Sequence record: OQ411014.1 | From: Escherichia phage EJP2 | DNA length: 64,000 nt | Reading direction: 5' to 3' (one strand) | Shown here: piece after piece, positions 17,583 to 26,808 of the stretch | Numbering within the stretch: the first letter of the stretch is position 1 | Layout of the letters: every line of letters starts with the position of its first letter | Notes under the pieces: model-generated | What the model was told of the DNA's origin: nothing | The model's database searches: none | What the model saw: only the letters and a program-made list of their open reading frames with translations | Position numbers and translations under genes: made by a program

Positions 17583-18499
17583 TACTGACAGTTGGATTGC
17601 CTGGGTGCGGGAAAAGTACTTGGGCTACAGAAGAAGTAAAGAAATCCAAACGCAAAACTGTCATTCTAAATCGTGATGATATTCGTGAAACGATGTTCGG
17701 TGGTAACTGGGAATATCGTTATAGTAACGAGAACGAAAAATACGTCCAGAATACTCTCGCTTTTCAAGCCCAAGAAGCAGTGAAAAATGGCTGGGATATT
17801 ATCGTTGCAAATACTAATCTCAACCCAAAAGAACAAAACATGTGGAGTACTTTTGCAAAGGAGAATTCATATACCTTAGTACATCAGGACTTCTTCAAGG
17901 AGTTCAAGAAAGGTAAATCCTTTGTGCATGATTACTTCGCAATCAATGCTTTCGTGAAACATTGTAAAGAACGTAACCTAAAACGTTTGAAGTCTGTTCA
18001 AGAAAGTGTAATTGACCAAATGGCAACTTCGTACTATTACAGTACTGTTACGCCTCCACCAGTGATTGAAGGTGATGGTCTAAAATATTACATCGTAGAT
18101 ATTGACGGAACTCTAGCACATATGTTAGATTATCGTTCACCCTATGATGAAACAAAAGTTCATCTTGATGTACCTGATGAGTTCGTAATTTCAGTACTGC
18201 ACGCTCTTGTAAAAGACCCGTCAGTACGTATTATCCTCATGAGTGGTCGTCACGTCACCTGTAAAGAGCTAACACAAGAATGGTTAGCGAAGCATTCAGT
18301 ACCGTATCATGAGCTTCATATGCGTGCTGCGGACGATGTACGAGGGGACGATGTGGTGAAATATGAGTTGTATATGCAAGAAGTATACAACAAAAACAAA
18401 CGAGTCCAAGTTGTGTTCGATGACCGTCAAAAAGTTGTGAACACATGGCGTGAGTTGCTTGGCCTCAAAACCTTCCAGGTACAGCCTGGAAATTTCTAG
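17570..18499 (+). CDS. pseT: polynucleotide 5'-kinase/3'-phosphatase (T4 PseT-like)
   Basis: N-terminal P-loop GLPGCGKSTWA and NRDDIR; TNLNPKE; C-terminal HAD phosphatase DIDGTLA ... DDR..VV..W; collinear with T4 Pnkp. Confidence 0.9.
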   Translation: MPKLVLTVGLPGCGKSTWATEEVKKSKRKTVILNRDDIRETMFGGNWEYRYSNENEKYVQNTLAFQAQEAVKNGWDIIVANTNLNPKEQNMWSTFAKENSYTLVHQDFFKEFKKGKSFVHDYFAINAFVKHCKERNLKRLKSVQESVIDQMATSYYYSTVTPPPVIEGDGLKYYIVDIDGTLAHMLDYRSPYDETKVHLDVPDEFVISVLHALVKDPSVRIILMSGRHVTCKELTQEWLAKHSVPYHELHMRAADDVRGDDVVKYELYMQEVYNKNKRVQVVFDDRQKVVNTWRELLGLKTFQVQPGNF

Positions 18500-18508
18500 G
18501 AGTGATAT

Positions 18509-18895
18509 ATGCTCGTAATTCGAATCGGCAACGAAGAACGTGAAATCCGACTTGTGGAAACAATTGATAGTACTCAATATTTCGTACTCAAGAATGAAGT
18601 TAGTTCTGTTTCTCTAGTTGAAGCAGTTGACGACCTTTGCATTTCTCTGTATAGTGGTGGTATTGACACACTTGAAGAAGCAATCTGGATTGAAGCTGCA
18701 TACCTATCAGAAACATATGGCGTGTGGACATTTGATGAAGTTGATACAACTAAAGAAGCTACACGCTTGACGGAGTTCATGAACGATCTGATTGATGGTG
18801 TAGAGGAAGATGATCCTTTATATCAGCACGCACATTATACGGTTCAAGAAATCCAAGAAATAATCTCAACAAATCTAAAATATAAGGAAGAATAA
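18509..18895 (+). CDS. hypothetical protein (128 aa)
   Basis: ORF track; AGGAG RBS. Confidence 0.65.
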   Translation: MLVIRIGNEEREIRLVETIDSTQYFVLKNEVSSVSLVEAVDDLCISLYSGGIDTLEEAIWIEAAYLSETYGVWTFDEVDTTKEATRLTEFMNDLIDGVEEDDPLYQHAHYTVQEIQEIISTNLKYKEE

Positions 18896-18896
18896 T

Positions 18897-19253
18897 ATGA
18901 GCATTACAGTACTATTTGGTCTAGACAACGTTGACATTTTCGATGCAGTTGCAAAAGCACAAGACGTTGATGTTGCTGGGATGGTGGTTTCTTATGGTAA
19001 CGTCCAAGGTGAAACTATCGAGATTTATGGTGAACAAACAGTACTGAAAGTTGCTAGATTAGCAGAATTCAACGGTACTGCATTGACTGTCTATACTGAC
19101 GGTACTAAAGAGTTCATCGATGTTGCTAAGTTCATTCCTGTGTGTGAGCCTGTTGCAGCAGATAAGATTGGTGAACTAGTATTTGATCAAACTGAACTAC
19201 CATTTGCTGTAGCATTAGTTCGTGGTGTTCATCGTTTAGTTCACGTAATCTAA
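18897..19253 (+). CDS. hypothetical protein (118 aa)
   Basis: ORF track. Confidence 0.65.
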   Translation: MSITVLFGLDNVDIFDAVAKAQDVDVAGMVVSYGNVQGETIEIYGEQTVLKVARLAEFNGTALTVYTDGTKEFIDVAKFIPVCEPVAADKIGELVFDQTELPFAVALVRGVHRLVHVI

Positions 19254-19263
19254 TTTCAAATAC

Positions 19264-19293
19264 AGTACTGCTATTGTGGCAGTACTTTTTTTG
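19264..19293 (+). terminator. intrinsic terminator built from two AGTACT motifs
   Basis: AGTACTGC-tattgtg-GCAGTACT followed by a T7 run. Confidence 0.75.
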
Positions 19294-19301
19294 AGGTATA
19301 T

Positions 19302-19544
19302 ATGAGTAGTATTCAAAAGTTCCAAATGCTTGAAGGTACTCTAAAGAGCTTCACTGAAGTTGCTAATGATATGCGTACTGCATTACTCGGAACTAAAATT
19401 CAGTTACACGATGATACTCGTGTATATGAAGTACAAAGTATTTCATGGGATTATTCTGGTTCATTGACTATTGCAATTGAAGAATTACCGCGTGCATATT
19501 CAGTGAAGCGTGTTAGTCTAAATGAAATCTCTCGTGTTCTATAA
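19302..19544 (+). CDS. hypothetical protein (80 aa)
   Basis: ORF track; GAGG RBS. Confidence 0.65.
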   Translation: MSSIQKFQMLEGTLKSFTEVANDMRTALLGTKIQLHDDTRVYEVQSISWDYSGSLTIAIEELPRAYSVKRVSLNEISRVL

Positions 19545-19555
19545 AGGATAATCAA

Positions 19556-19723
19556 ATGTTTACAGCAATTCTAGGTTTTGTATTCTGGTTGGCAATGGTT
19601 GGTGCAGTAGTGTTTCAGGCACAAACACAAAATCGTAAAATCGCATTTTGGGTAGTGTGTGCACTAATTGTAACTCCAGTAATCCCAGCGAGTATACTCT
19701 ACTTCTTAGGTCGAAGGAAGTGA
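19556..19723 (+). CDS. small membrane protein, 55 aa (below ORF-track cutoff)
   Basis: AAGGA RBS; MFTAILGFVFWLAMVGAVVFQAQTQNRKIAFWVVCALIVTPVIPASILYFLGRRK has two TM helices; preferred over the overlapping track ORFs 19648(+) and 19560(-). Confidence 0.5.
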   Translation: MFTAILGFVFWLAMVGAVVFQAQTQNRKIAFWVVCALIVTPVIPASILYFLGRRK

Positions 19724-19737
19724 CACTACTATTACTG

Positions 19738-19917
19738 ATGTATATATGTGGATTCACTTCATCAGTACTAATATCTGAGTTTGAATATCATTTATACAAT
19801 GTTGAATGTACCAGAGTGGATTATTGTTATATAATAGTGTATTCACTCCTTGGTTGGTACGTTATGATACCTTGGATTGTCATTGACAATCTTTGGAAAT
19901 ATAAAAGAAAGGGTTAA
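19738..19917 (+). CDS. possible small hydrophobic protein (59 aa)
   Basis: Internal ATG of track ORF 19648..19917; no clear RBS; hairpin AAAGGG-ttaata-CCCTTT at its stop. Confidence 0.3.
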   Translation: MYICGFTSSVLISEFEYHLYNVECTRVDYCYIIVYSLLGWYVMIPWIVIDNLWKYKRKG

Positions 19918-19947
19918 TACCCTTTATTAATTACATAAGGAATTATC

Positions 19948-20298
19948 ATGAACAATGCACAAGCCCAGTCTGCATTAGGTAGTATTGAGACGTTCATAGA
20001 GTCATTGGTTCAAATAAAACAACGTGAACTTGACCGCATAACTGAGAAAGTATCTAACTTGGAAGTACAAGTAACTCCAGAAATTATGTTAGAACTTGCG
20101 TGTGTCTTTTATCACAAAGACTATGATCTTACTGATTGTAAAGTTACTAGTGTTAAAGTACATCAAGTCTTGTACACTGAAGAAGAATGTATTGGTTTTA
20201 TCTTAGTAGTACTGGTAGAAATGCCGGACGAAACTATTGACAAATATTATTTGTGTCCAGATGATATTCATAAATTGAAGTTTATTGATGAGGAATAA
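19948..20298 (+). CDS. hypothetical protein (116 aa)
   Basis: ORF track; AAGGA RBS. Confidence 0.65.
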   Translation: MNNAQAQSALGSIETFIESLVQIKQRELDRITEKVSNLEVQVTPEIMLELACVFYHKDYDLTDCKVTSVKVHQVLYTEEECIGFILVVLVEMPDETIDKYYLCPDDIHKLKFIDEE

Positions 20299-20300
20299 AA

Positions 20301-20729
20301 ATGAAGCTATATTGCTTAGTGAACGTAAAATGTTGTGCAATACAAGCAGGTATTCAGGCATTACACAGTACTGCAAGAATGATGCACAAGTATCACATGA
20401 ATGGTCAAGCATGGGCTAATCTTATGATTGACACTTGGATGACTCACAACGAAACTGTAGTACTCTTACAGGGTGGTGTGCACAAAACTCTACGTGATAA
20501 AGTCAATCTCCTAAATGGACAAGAAGTTATGCCATTTGATTTCTTCACTGAAGAAGATATCAATGATGCATATACTAGTATCTCCATCCTTTGCAGTACT
20601 GAAATGGTTGAGGATATGAAACGTCTTCGTGAAGAAGAAGTTACTAAAGAAGACTTAGCACAAAAATACAGTTCGTGGTCTGCTGCTGAGATTTTGGAAT
20701 TTATGGCATTTGCGAGGACAATCTCCTAA
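20301..20729 (+). CDS. hypothetical protein; weak resemblance to PTH2-type peptidyl-tRNA hydrolase
   Basis: KLYCLVNVKCCAIQAGIQALHSTARM followed by ETVVLLQGG loosely parallels the PTH2 pattern (K.v.vVR.DL.MGKGK.aAQ..HA ... KVVLK); by eye only. Confidence 0.3.
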   Translation: MKLYCLVNVKCCAIQAGIQALHSTARMMHKYHMNGQAWANLMIDTWMTHNETVVLLQGGVHKTLRDKVNLLNGQEVMPFDFFTEEDINDAYTSISILCSTEMVEDMKRLREEEVTKEDLAQKYSSWSAAEILEFMAFARTIS

Positions 20730-21955
20730 TGAAATTACCTACAGAGTGGTATGTTGCTCGAAGCATGAACAGTACTGAAGAGATTTTAGGCTTTTTGGTT
20801 GATGCATCGAGTAAAACATCAAAAACGTTTGAAAGTAAGAAAGAAAAGGCTGATTACTGGGCGAGAAACCGTACTAGTAATGGTAAGCTAGAAGGGATTT
20901 ATGTTAGTAATGAACCCCAAGAAGGTTTTCAGATTGTAACCAACGTTGGTCGTTATCGTACCAAGAACGTTCTATGGCGTGTATGGCATCCAGAAGGTTT
21001 TGAGTTCGAAATCACTTCTGACAACTTCTGTGATTTACTCCAGACTAACACTATCATTGATGGTGAAATTCAGGGTAAATTATTCTTGACTTCAGATAAG
21101 AAGTTAGTGAATGAGAAAACCAAACTCTTTGCAGATCGTATTGCTAAAGAAGAAAAAGCCAATAATATCAATGCTTCAGTAAAAGAATTGAAAATTGGTC
21201 AAGGCATTCGTATTGAAACTGTATCCAAAAGTACATCACCTGATTTTATCTATATGGGTAAAGTGCACTGTATCAGTACTCATGCTAATTACAAATACCG
21301 TATCAAAGATAAGAGTTCCTTAGTACACGTACTGAAACGTGTAATTGATGGTGCGTACTTCTTGACTGCAAAGATTACTCACGACTTTATTCGTGTTGAT
21401 CAGTACGATGTAAAAATCACACCAGCAGAAGTGTGCAAAGAAGTGAATGCATATTTCAAAGATGTATTTGACTATAACAATGCAGCTATGACACATCTAT
21501 GTCCGGTGTATACCTATGTTACTCCGTTGTGTGTGAGTCCAAAGCCATTCAAGAAAGATGACATGCACATTGAATTCACACAAGTTCCTGGTAATAGTAT
21601 TACCCGTTTCGATGGTTCTACACAGATTCGTTATGAACAAGACGGTGAACAGTACTGGGTATTTGGATATCTACGTCCATCCAAAAACACTTCATACGAT
21701 TCACACGTTTATAATATTGTGTTGACAACTAGTACTGGTGCAACTAAAATCTTCATGCGTAAATGCACAGTGAACGAACATGGTGTACTCAACCCCAATG
21801 CTGAATTGGGTAACATGTATAACTTCACGTACTGCACCGAATTTTATTCACCATGCAGTCGGCATATGCCAACATCTGAACTCGATGGCAAGAAGTGTTT
21901 AGTTCGGATTGATATTCCAGAATTTCTTGAAGTTGGACATTACACACTAAAATAA
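20729..21955 (+). CDS. hypothetical protein (408 aa)
   Basis: ORF track; TAATG overlap. Confidence 0.7.
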   Translation: MKLPTEWYVARSMNSTEEILGFLVDASSKTSKTFESKKEKADYWARNRTSNGKLEGIYVSNEPQEGFQIVTNVGRYRTKNVLWRVWHPEGFEFEITSDNFCDLLQTNTIIDGEIQGKLFLTSDKKLVNEKTKLFADRIAKEEKANNINASVKELKIGQGIRIETVSKSTSPDFIYMGKVHCISTHANYKYRIKDKSSLVHVLKRVIDGAYFLTAKITHDFIRVDQYDVKITPAEVCKEVNAYFKDVFDYNNAAMTHLCPVYTYVTPLCVSPKPFKKDDMHIEFTQVPGNSITRFDGSTQIRYEQDGEQYWVFGYLRPSKNTSYDSHVYNIVLTTSTGATKIFMRKCTVNEHGVLNPNAELGNMYNFTYCTEFYSPCSRHMPTSELDGKKCLVRIDIPEFLEVGHYTLK

Positions 21956-21965
21956 GGATATTACT

Positions 21966-23381
21966 ATGAGCGTACTTTCTATTTTGACTGAACTAAAAGA
22001 CAATGCATCTATTCTGGTCAAAAAAGACATTCTCAATAAAAACAAGGACGATGCAGTACTGCAACGTGTTCTCAAACTAGCTTTAGACCCAGGAATTGTA
22101 AGTGGTTATAAGAAGCTACCGAATCCCTTCGTTAGTGAAACTAAGTACACACTCAACGAAGCACTAAATCAGCTTGATGATATCTACACTCGTAAGTACA
22201 CTGGTCATGCTGGACGTGACCACATTGCACAAATCCTAGGTTCAGTCACTGAAGATGACCGTGAAGTTATCCGTCGAGTACTGACTAAGGACTTAGAGTG
22301 TGGTGCTAGTGATAAGATTGTGAACGATGTATTTGGTAAAGGTTTTGTCAAAGATGAACCGTATATGCGTTGTTCATTGATTGATCATAAAACTGCAAAA
22401 AACATCAACTTCGATGGTTATGGTTATGCTGTCTCTGAAGTAAAAATGGACGGCACTTACCTGAACCACGTAGTCATCAACAATGCACTAACATCCTCAT
22501 CCAGAAATGGTAAACTATATGATTTTCTTGGTTGTCGTGACTTAGAAATGAGTGGGGTTGCTGGAATCATTCAGAAAAATGATCCACGTTTCAGTTCTGG
22601 TGTAGTTTTCATGGGAGAAGGTTTAGTACTAGACACTGATGGCACTATTCTTCCACGAACAACTGGTAATGGGATCATCCAAAAAGCGGGTAAAGATTCC
22701 ATAACATCGTTCGAAGCTATGCGGGTAGTCTTTGTATTATGGGACGTTGTTCCATATGATGCATTCTGTAATGGTTTTTGGGATGTGAAACGCAAAGAGC
22801 GTCGTGAAATACTTGAAAGTGCAATCAACGAATTCGATAGTGAATTTGTACGTATGGTTGAGTACCGTAAAGTAAAAAATCTAAAAGAAGCATTTGATTA
22901 TAACACTGAACTCATGAACAAGGGTGAAGAAGGTTCAGTACTGAAATGTGAAGATGGTGTTTGGAAATCACACACTTCTCCTAAGCAATTGAAAATGAAA
23001 CTGAAAATGCAAATTGATTTACGCATTGTAGGATTCAATGAAGGGGATAAGAAACGTAAAGGCTGTTTGGGTTCTTTACAACTTGAAAGTGATTGTGGTA
23101 CATTGAAAGTGAATGTAGGTACTGGTATCAAAGAGAAAGATGCCGAATGGACATTCAAAAGTATCTGGGAAAAACGTTTTGAACTATTGAATAAGATTGT
23201 CACTGTTGAGGCAAATGAAATCGTAGTTGATAAACGTACTGGAGAACCATCACTATTTTTGCCAGTGTTTGTTGAATTTAGATTTGACAAGGACACATGT
23301 GACACGTATACTCGTATCTTAGAAATTCGAGAAAGTGCTGTTGAGGTATTTGCAAACAGTATTGTTAGTTCTTTATTGTAA
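21966..23381 (+). CDS. ATP-dependent DNA ligase (T4 gp30-like)
   Basis: Motif I EVKMDGTY (KxDG); VIRRVLTKDLECGAS parallels T4 VLRRVMMRDLECGAS; 471 aa. Confidence 0.9.
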   Translation: MSVLSILTELKDNASILVKKDILNKNKDDAVLQRVLKLALDPGIVSGYKKLPNPFVSETKYTLNEALNQLDDIYTRKYTGHAGRDHIAQILGSVTEDDREVIRRVLTKDLECGASDKIVNDVFGKGFVKDEPYMRCSLIDHKTAKNINFDGYGYAVSEVKMDGTYLNHVVINNALTSSSRNGKLYDFLGCRDLEMSGVAGIIQKNDPRFSSGVVFMGEGLVLDTDGTILPRTTGNGIIQKAGKDSITSFEAMRVVFVLWDVVPYDAFCNGFWDVKRKERREILESAINEFDSEFVRMVEYRKVKNLKEAFDYNTELMNKGEEGSVLKCEDGVWKSHTSPKQLKMKLKMQIDLRIVGFNEGDKKRKGCLGSLQLESDCGTLKVNVGTGIKEKDAEWTFKSIWEKRFELLNKIVTVEANEIVVDKRTGEPSLFLPVFVEFRFDKDTCDTYTRILEIRESAVEVFANSIVSSLL

Positions 23382-23451
23382 GATAACATTCGTTCCAGTA
23401 CTGAATACGTTATAAAATTTCTAAAATGTTTACCTAATATTAGAAGGGCAA

Positions 23452-23856
23452 ATGAAACCAATATCTAAGGCGACGTTGATGATGTACAAGGATGTACTGT
23501 ACATCACAGCCAAATCAACAAGCATTCAATCTCCAGGGATGGGTCTGTTCTCGGTGCAACGAAGATCAATTTTGTATTATGATTTTTTTGCAGAATTTGA
23601 TTTTGTTGATGCGTCGCTGACGATACATAAAACACGACACGGTTCAGTAAACGATACATTTGATAATTGTCTTGACAACTGCCAGATTGATGGTGTAAAG
23701 TATGTCCTATCAAACGGACTAAGAGCACCATCTCTTGCAGATTTCAGATGTTCTCAAGTTTTCTATGCAGAAGTGCTTGACGAGAACAATAAGTTGAATT
23801 ACAATACTCTTCTTGGTGCACTTCTGGTTGAACAGAATCGCTGGAAAGATATCTAA
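23452..23856 (+). CDS. hypothetical protein (134 aa)
   Basis: ORF track. Confidence 0.6.
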   Translation: MKPISKATLMMYKDVLYITAKSTSIQSPGMGLFSVQRRSILYYDFFAEFDFVDASLTIHKTRHGSVNDTFDNCLDNCQIDGVKYVLSNGLRAPSLADFRCSQVFYAEVLDENNKLNYNTLLGALLVEQNRWKDI

Positions 23857-23863
23857 AAAATGC

Positions 23864-23891
23864 TTGACAATCTAGAATAATGTGGTATAAT
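23864..23891 (+). promoter_or_regulatory. sigma70-type early promoter
   Basis: TTGACA (23864-23869), 16-nt spacer, TGgTATAAT (23886-23891). Confidence 0.7.
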
Positions 23892-23941
23892 AGTTGCACT
23901 TAGTACGAAATTCTAATTGATAATCGAAAAGGAAATAAAAT

Positions 23942-24634
23942 ATGTTTCATAACTCTATCAAAGCCAATGCATACGAAGAACCAACCAACATGACTATTCC
24001 AATCGTTGTTGAACAGACTCATAATGGTGAGCGTTCTTATGATTTACCATCTCGTTTGATGAACTCTCGTATCATCATGGTTGATACTGATTTCAACGAC
24101 CAGATGGCATATGTAATCAAAATGCAGTTGCTGTGGCTTGATAGTCAAAGTGCAGACCCAATCACTATGTACATCAACTCCCCTGGTGGTTCAGTACATG
24201 CTGGTTTAGGTATTGCTGATGTAGTTGCGAACCTTCGCTCTCCAGTACGCACTATCGTTATGGGTATGGCTGCATCGATGGGTTGTTACATGCAAAGTAC
24301 TATGGGTACTCCTGGTCTGCGTCTAGCAGGTAAACGTGCACAAATCATGGCACACCAAGTATCTTCTGGTACACAAGGTCTGATTCTAGACCAAGAGATT
24401 TCTCTGAATCATAGTAAGCGTTTGAACAAACTCTTGACTGAAGAGATTGCTGAAGCAGTAGGTATGCCGATTGAACAATTCCTTATTGACTGTAACCGCG
24501 ATTTGTGGTTAAATGCTGAAGAAGCATTGAACTACGGCACTAAAGGTTTCATCGATGGTATCTATCTGGGTAAACAAAACGAACAAGGCCAACTACTTGT
24601 CCAACGTCGTGGTGGTGTTGAGGAATGGGTGTAA
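23942..24634 (+). CDS. clpP: ClpP-family serine protease
   Basis: ERSYDLPSRLMNSRII, INSPGGSV, GMAASMG (Ser), MAHQ (His), later Asp; full ClpP layout. Confidence 0.85.
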   Translation: MFHNSIKANAYEEPTNMTIPIVVEQTHNGERSYDLPSRLMNSRIIMVDTDFNDQMAYVIKMQLLWLDSQSADPITMYINSPGGSVHAGLGIADVVANLRSPVRTIVMGMAASMGCYMQSTMGTPGLRLAGKRAQIMAHQVSSGTQGLILDQEISLNHSKRLNKLLTEEIAEAVGMPIEQFLIDCNRDLWLNAEEALNYGTKGFIDGIYLGKQNEQGQLLVQRRGGVEEWV

Positions 24635-24921
24635 TGAGTAAAGTTCTAGTAAGGGGTGGCAACGCCCCTGATAATGCAGAAGTGCTGGATGATGCAGAAT
24701 TCATTCGTCTATGTTACAGTACTATCAAAGATAAGACTGTAGAGCTAGAGAACAGTACTGAAAGTTCTCAAGTCCTAGATGCATTATCAGATATTCTCGA
24801 ATTGAGTATGTCTATCATTCAAAAAGAAAACATTACTGCACAGAATTTATTTGCACACGCAATGAATCGTCGTAATGTTGAAGGTAGTTTTCTGGATAAA
24901 AAAGCAATCACTAAGGAGTAA
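24634..24921 (+). CDS. hypothetical protein (95 aa)
   Basis: Start placed at TAATG overlap (GAGGA 9 nt upstream) rather than track start 24625. Confidence 0.6.
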   Translation: MSKVLVRGGNAPDNAEVLDDAEFIRLCYSTIKDKTVELENSTESSQVLDALSDILELSMSIIQKENITAQNLFAHAMNRRNVEGSFLDKKAITKE

Positions 24922-24927
24922 TTTACT

Positions 24928-25371
24928 ATGAACGAACAACAACAGCGACAACAAGGTTACGATTTCTACTTCACCAACCAGTCCCTAACTGTAGAACAAC
25001 TAAAGCAACAGAGTACGTTCTTCCGTTTAGGTTATCGTGCAGCACAAGCTGATGTAGCGAAGAAAGCTAACAAAGCATTCCCAACTACCCTATATGATGT
25101 TCCACAGCGTGCAGAGCGTTTCAACGCTACATGGAACGACATTCTAGCAGCTACACGTAAACCACGTATGCGTAAGCTCCACGCTGACCATATGGCTCCA
25201 GTACTGTATACTCTAATCAAACACGTAGAGCTACAGAAAGATGAAATCTATCGCTATGCTGATGTTGTACGTCTAGTCGAAGAAGGTTTCGATAAGATTC
25301 TTCAAATCGGTGTTGATGAAGGTATCTTGACAGCACACGATTGTAAGCAGTATAATTACGTTCCTAAGTGA
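24928..25371 (+). CDS. hypothetical protein (147 aa)
   Basis: ORF track; AAGGAG RBS. Confidence 0.65.
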   Translation: MNEQQQRQQGYDFYFTNQSLTVEQLKQQSTFFRLGYRAAQADVAKKANKAFPTTLYDVPQRAERFNATWNDILAATRKPRMRKLHADHMAPVLYTLIKHVELQKDEIYRYADVVRLVEEGFDKILQIGVDEGILTAHDCKQYNYVPK

Positions 25372-25378
25372 ATACCAC

Positions 25379-25402
25379 AGGCCACTTAATTGTGGCCTTT
25401 TT
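25379..25402 (+). terminator. intrinsic terminator
   Basis: AGGCCAC-ttaatt-GTGGCCT followed by TTTTT. Confidence 0.7.
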
Positions 25403-25420
25403 AATATAAGGAGAATCAAT

Positions 25421-26212
25421 ATGAAATTTATGATTATGTCCGACACACACGGTTCCAACGATTTCATTCCAGAGGGTGATTACAGCGATGTAGTACTGAT
25501 TATTCCTGGTGACTTCGATGAAGCTAAACGACCACGTTTCCGTACTAAGATTGAATCTCTGTGTAAGCAGTTTAAGGAAGTAGTACTGGTTCCTGGCAAT
25601 CATGAGTACTACGGTTCTAATATTCACAAAGTACATAAGATTTTGAAAGAAATGAATTTTGAGATTCCCAATTTCTCATTCCTGCAAAACGACTACATTT
25701 ACATTGGTGATGTATTGATTGTCGGTGCTACACTGTGGACTGATTACGACAGAAGTAATGCCCTAGTGAAGTTCGATGCAAAGATGAAGATGAATGATTA
25801 CAAACACATTCGTCATGGTACTGAAGCTGAACCGTGGAAGACTAAACTCACAGTAGAAGATGTAGAGTACATGCATCACATTTCGAAGAAATATATCAAG
25901 ATGCTGATTGACACAGAGCGTGAACTCGTACATAATGATATCAAGGTTGTGGTAGTAACACATCACGCACCAAGTTATCAGAGTGTTTCTCCACGTTACA
26001 AGAATGATTCACTGAATGGTTGTTACTGTTCTGATATGGATCAGTACGTAGCTGATACAAAAGCGGACTTCTGGATTCATGGACACGTACATGATAACTT
26101 CGATTATTATATCGATAAGACTCGTGTTCTGTGCAACCCAAGAGGCTATGCGTCATCTATTGGAGTTCATGAAAATAAAAACTTCAATGCAAACTATATT
26201 TTTGAGGTATAA
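25421..26212 (+). CDS. calcineurin-like metallophosphoesterase
   Basis: MSDTHG, GDF, GNHEYY, THHAP, GHVH motifs in canonical order. Confidence 0.85.
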   Translation: MKFMIMSDTHGSNDFIPEGDYSDVVLIIPGDFDEAKRPRFRTKIESLCKQFKEVVLVPGNHEYYGSNIHKVHKILKEMNFEIPNFSFLQNDYIYIGDVLIVGATLWTDYDRSNALVKFDAKMKMNDYKHIRHGTEAEPWKTKLTVEDVEYMHHISKKYIKMLIDTERELVHNDIKVVVVTHHAPSYQSVSPRYKNDSLNGCYCSDMDQYVADTKADFWIHGHVHDNFDYYIDKTRVLCNPRGYASSIGVHENKNFNANYIFEV

Positions 26213-26214
26213 TA

Positions 26215-26808
26215 ATGAAGATTCGTGAGTTCACAGAACAAGAACAAGCTGCAATGCGTTTTGTGTTGCAGGATCGAGTACTGATCTGTAAAGGCATCTT
26301 TGATAAGATGGAAGAACGTCTACGTGAAGCATATGCTAACTACGTTCGTGATTTCAAATATTCATTCTGGAATCCATTCACTTTCAAACCAGTGAAAGAA
26401 TATAATTTCAGGCGAATGCTGATGGGTGATCTGTACTACAAATGGGCTAACCATCGTTATAGTATAGAGGATACTCTTATGGAGTACTTCCCGAAAGGTA
26501 CAGTACTGAATATTATGTACACTGATTCGTTTACACCGCCACATAATTTTGTACTGGATGTAGATAATCGTCTACGTAAAGTTGTGGAATGGGCTTACTG
26601 GTATGTAATTCGTTCTCCAGAAGATTTGGACTTCGGGCGTTTAGTACTGTCCTATGCGAAAGAGCCGTATGAGTTCTCACCAGAAGATGTACTGCGTTAT
26701 CGCAATCTGGAACGTTCGTACAAAGCTATCAGTAAAGAATGGGAAGAAATTCAGGGCATTTACGAGGGTTTCAAAGATGCAGTACACACTGTCGATTCAG
26801 AAAAGTAA
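26215..26808 (+). CDS. hypothetical protein, first of three tandem paralogues
   Basis: ORF track; shares the layout (E..Y..Y....W/F ... P[YF]E[FI]..ED) with 26777 and 27307. Confidence 0.65.
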   Translation: MKIREFTEQEQAAMRFVLQDRVLICKGIFDKMEERLREAYANYVRDFKYSFWNPFTFKPVKEYNFRRMLMGDLYYKWANHRYSIEDTLMEYFPKGTVLNIMYTDSFTPPHNFVLDVDNRLRKVVEWAYWYVIRSPEDLDFGRLVLSYAKEPYEFSPEDVLRYRNLERSYKAISKEWEEIQGIYEGFKDAVHTVDSEK

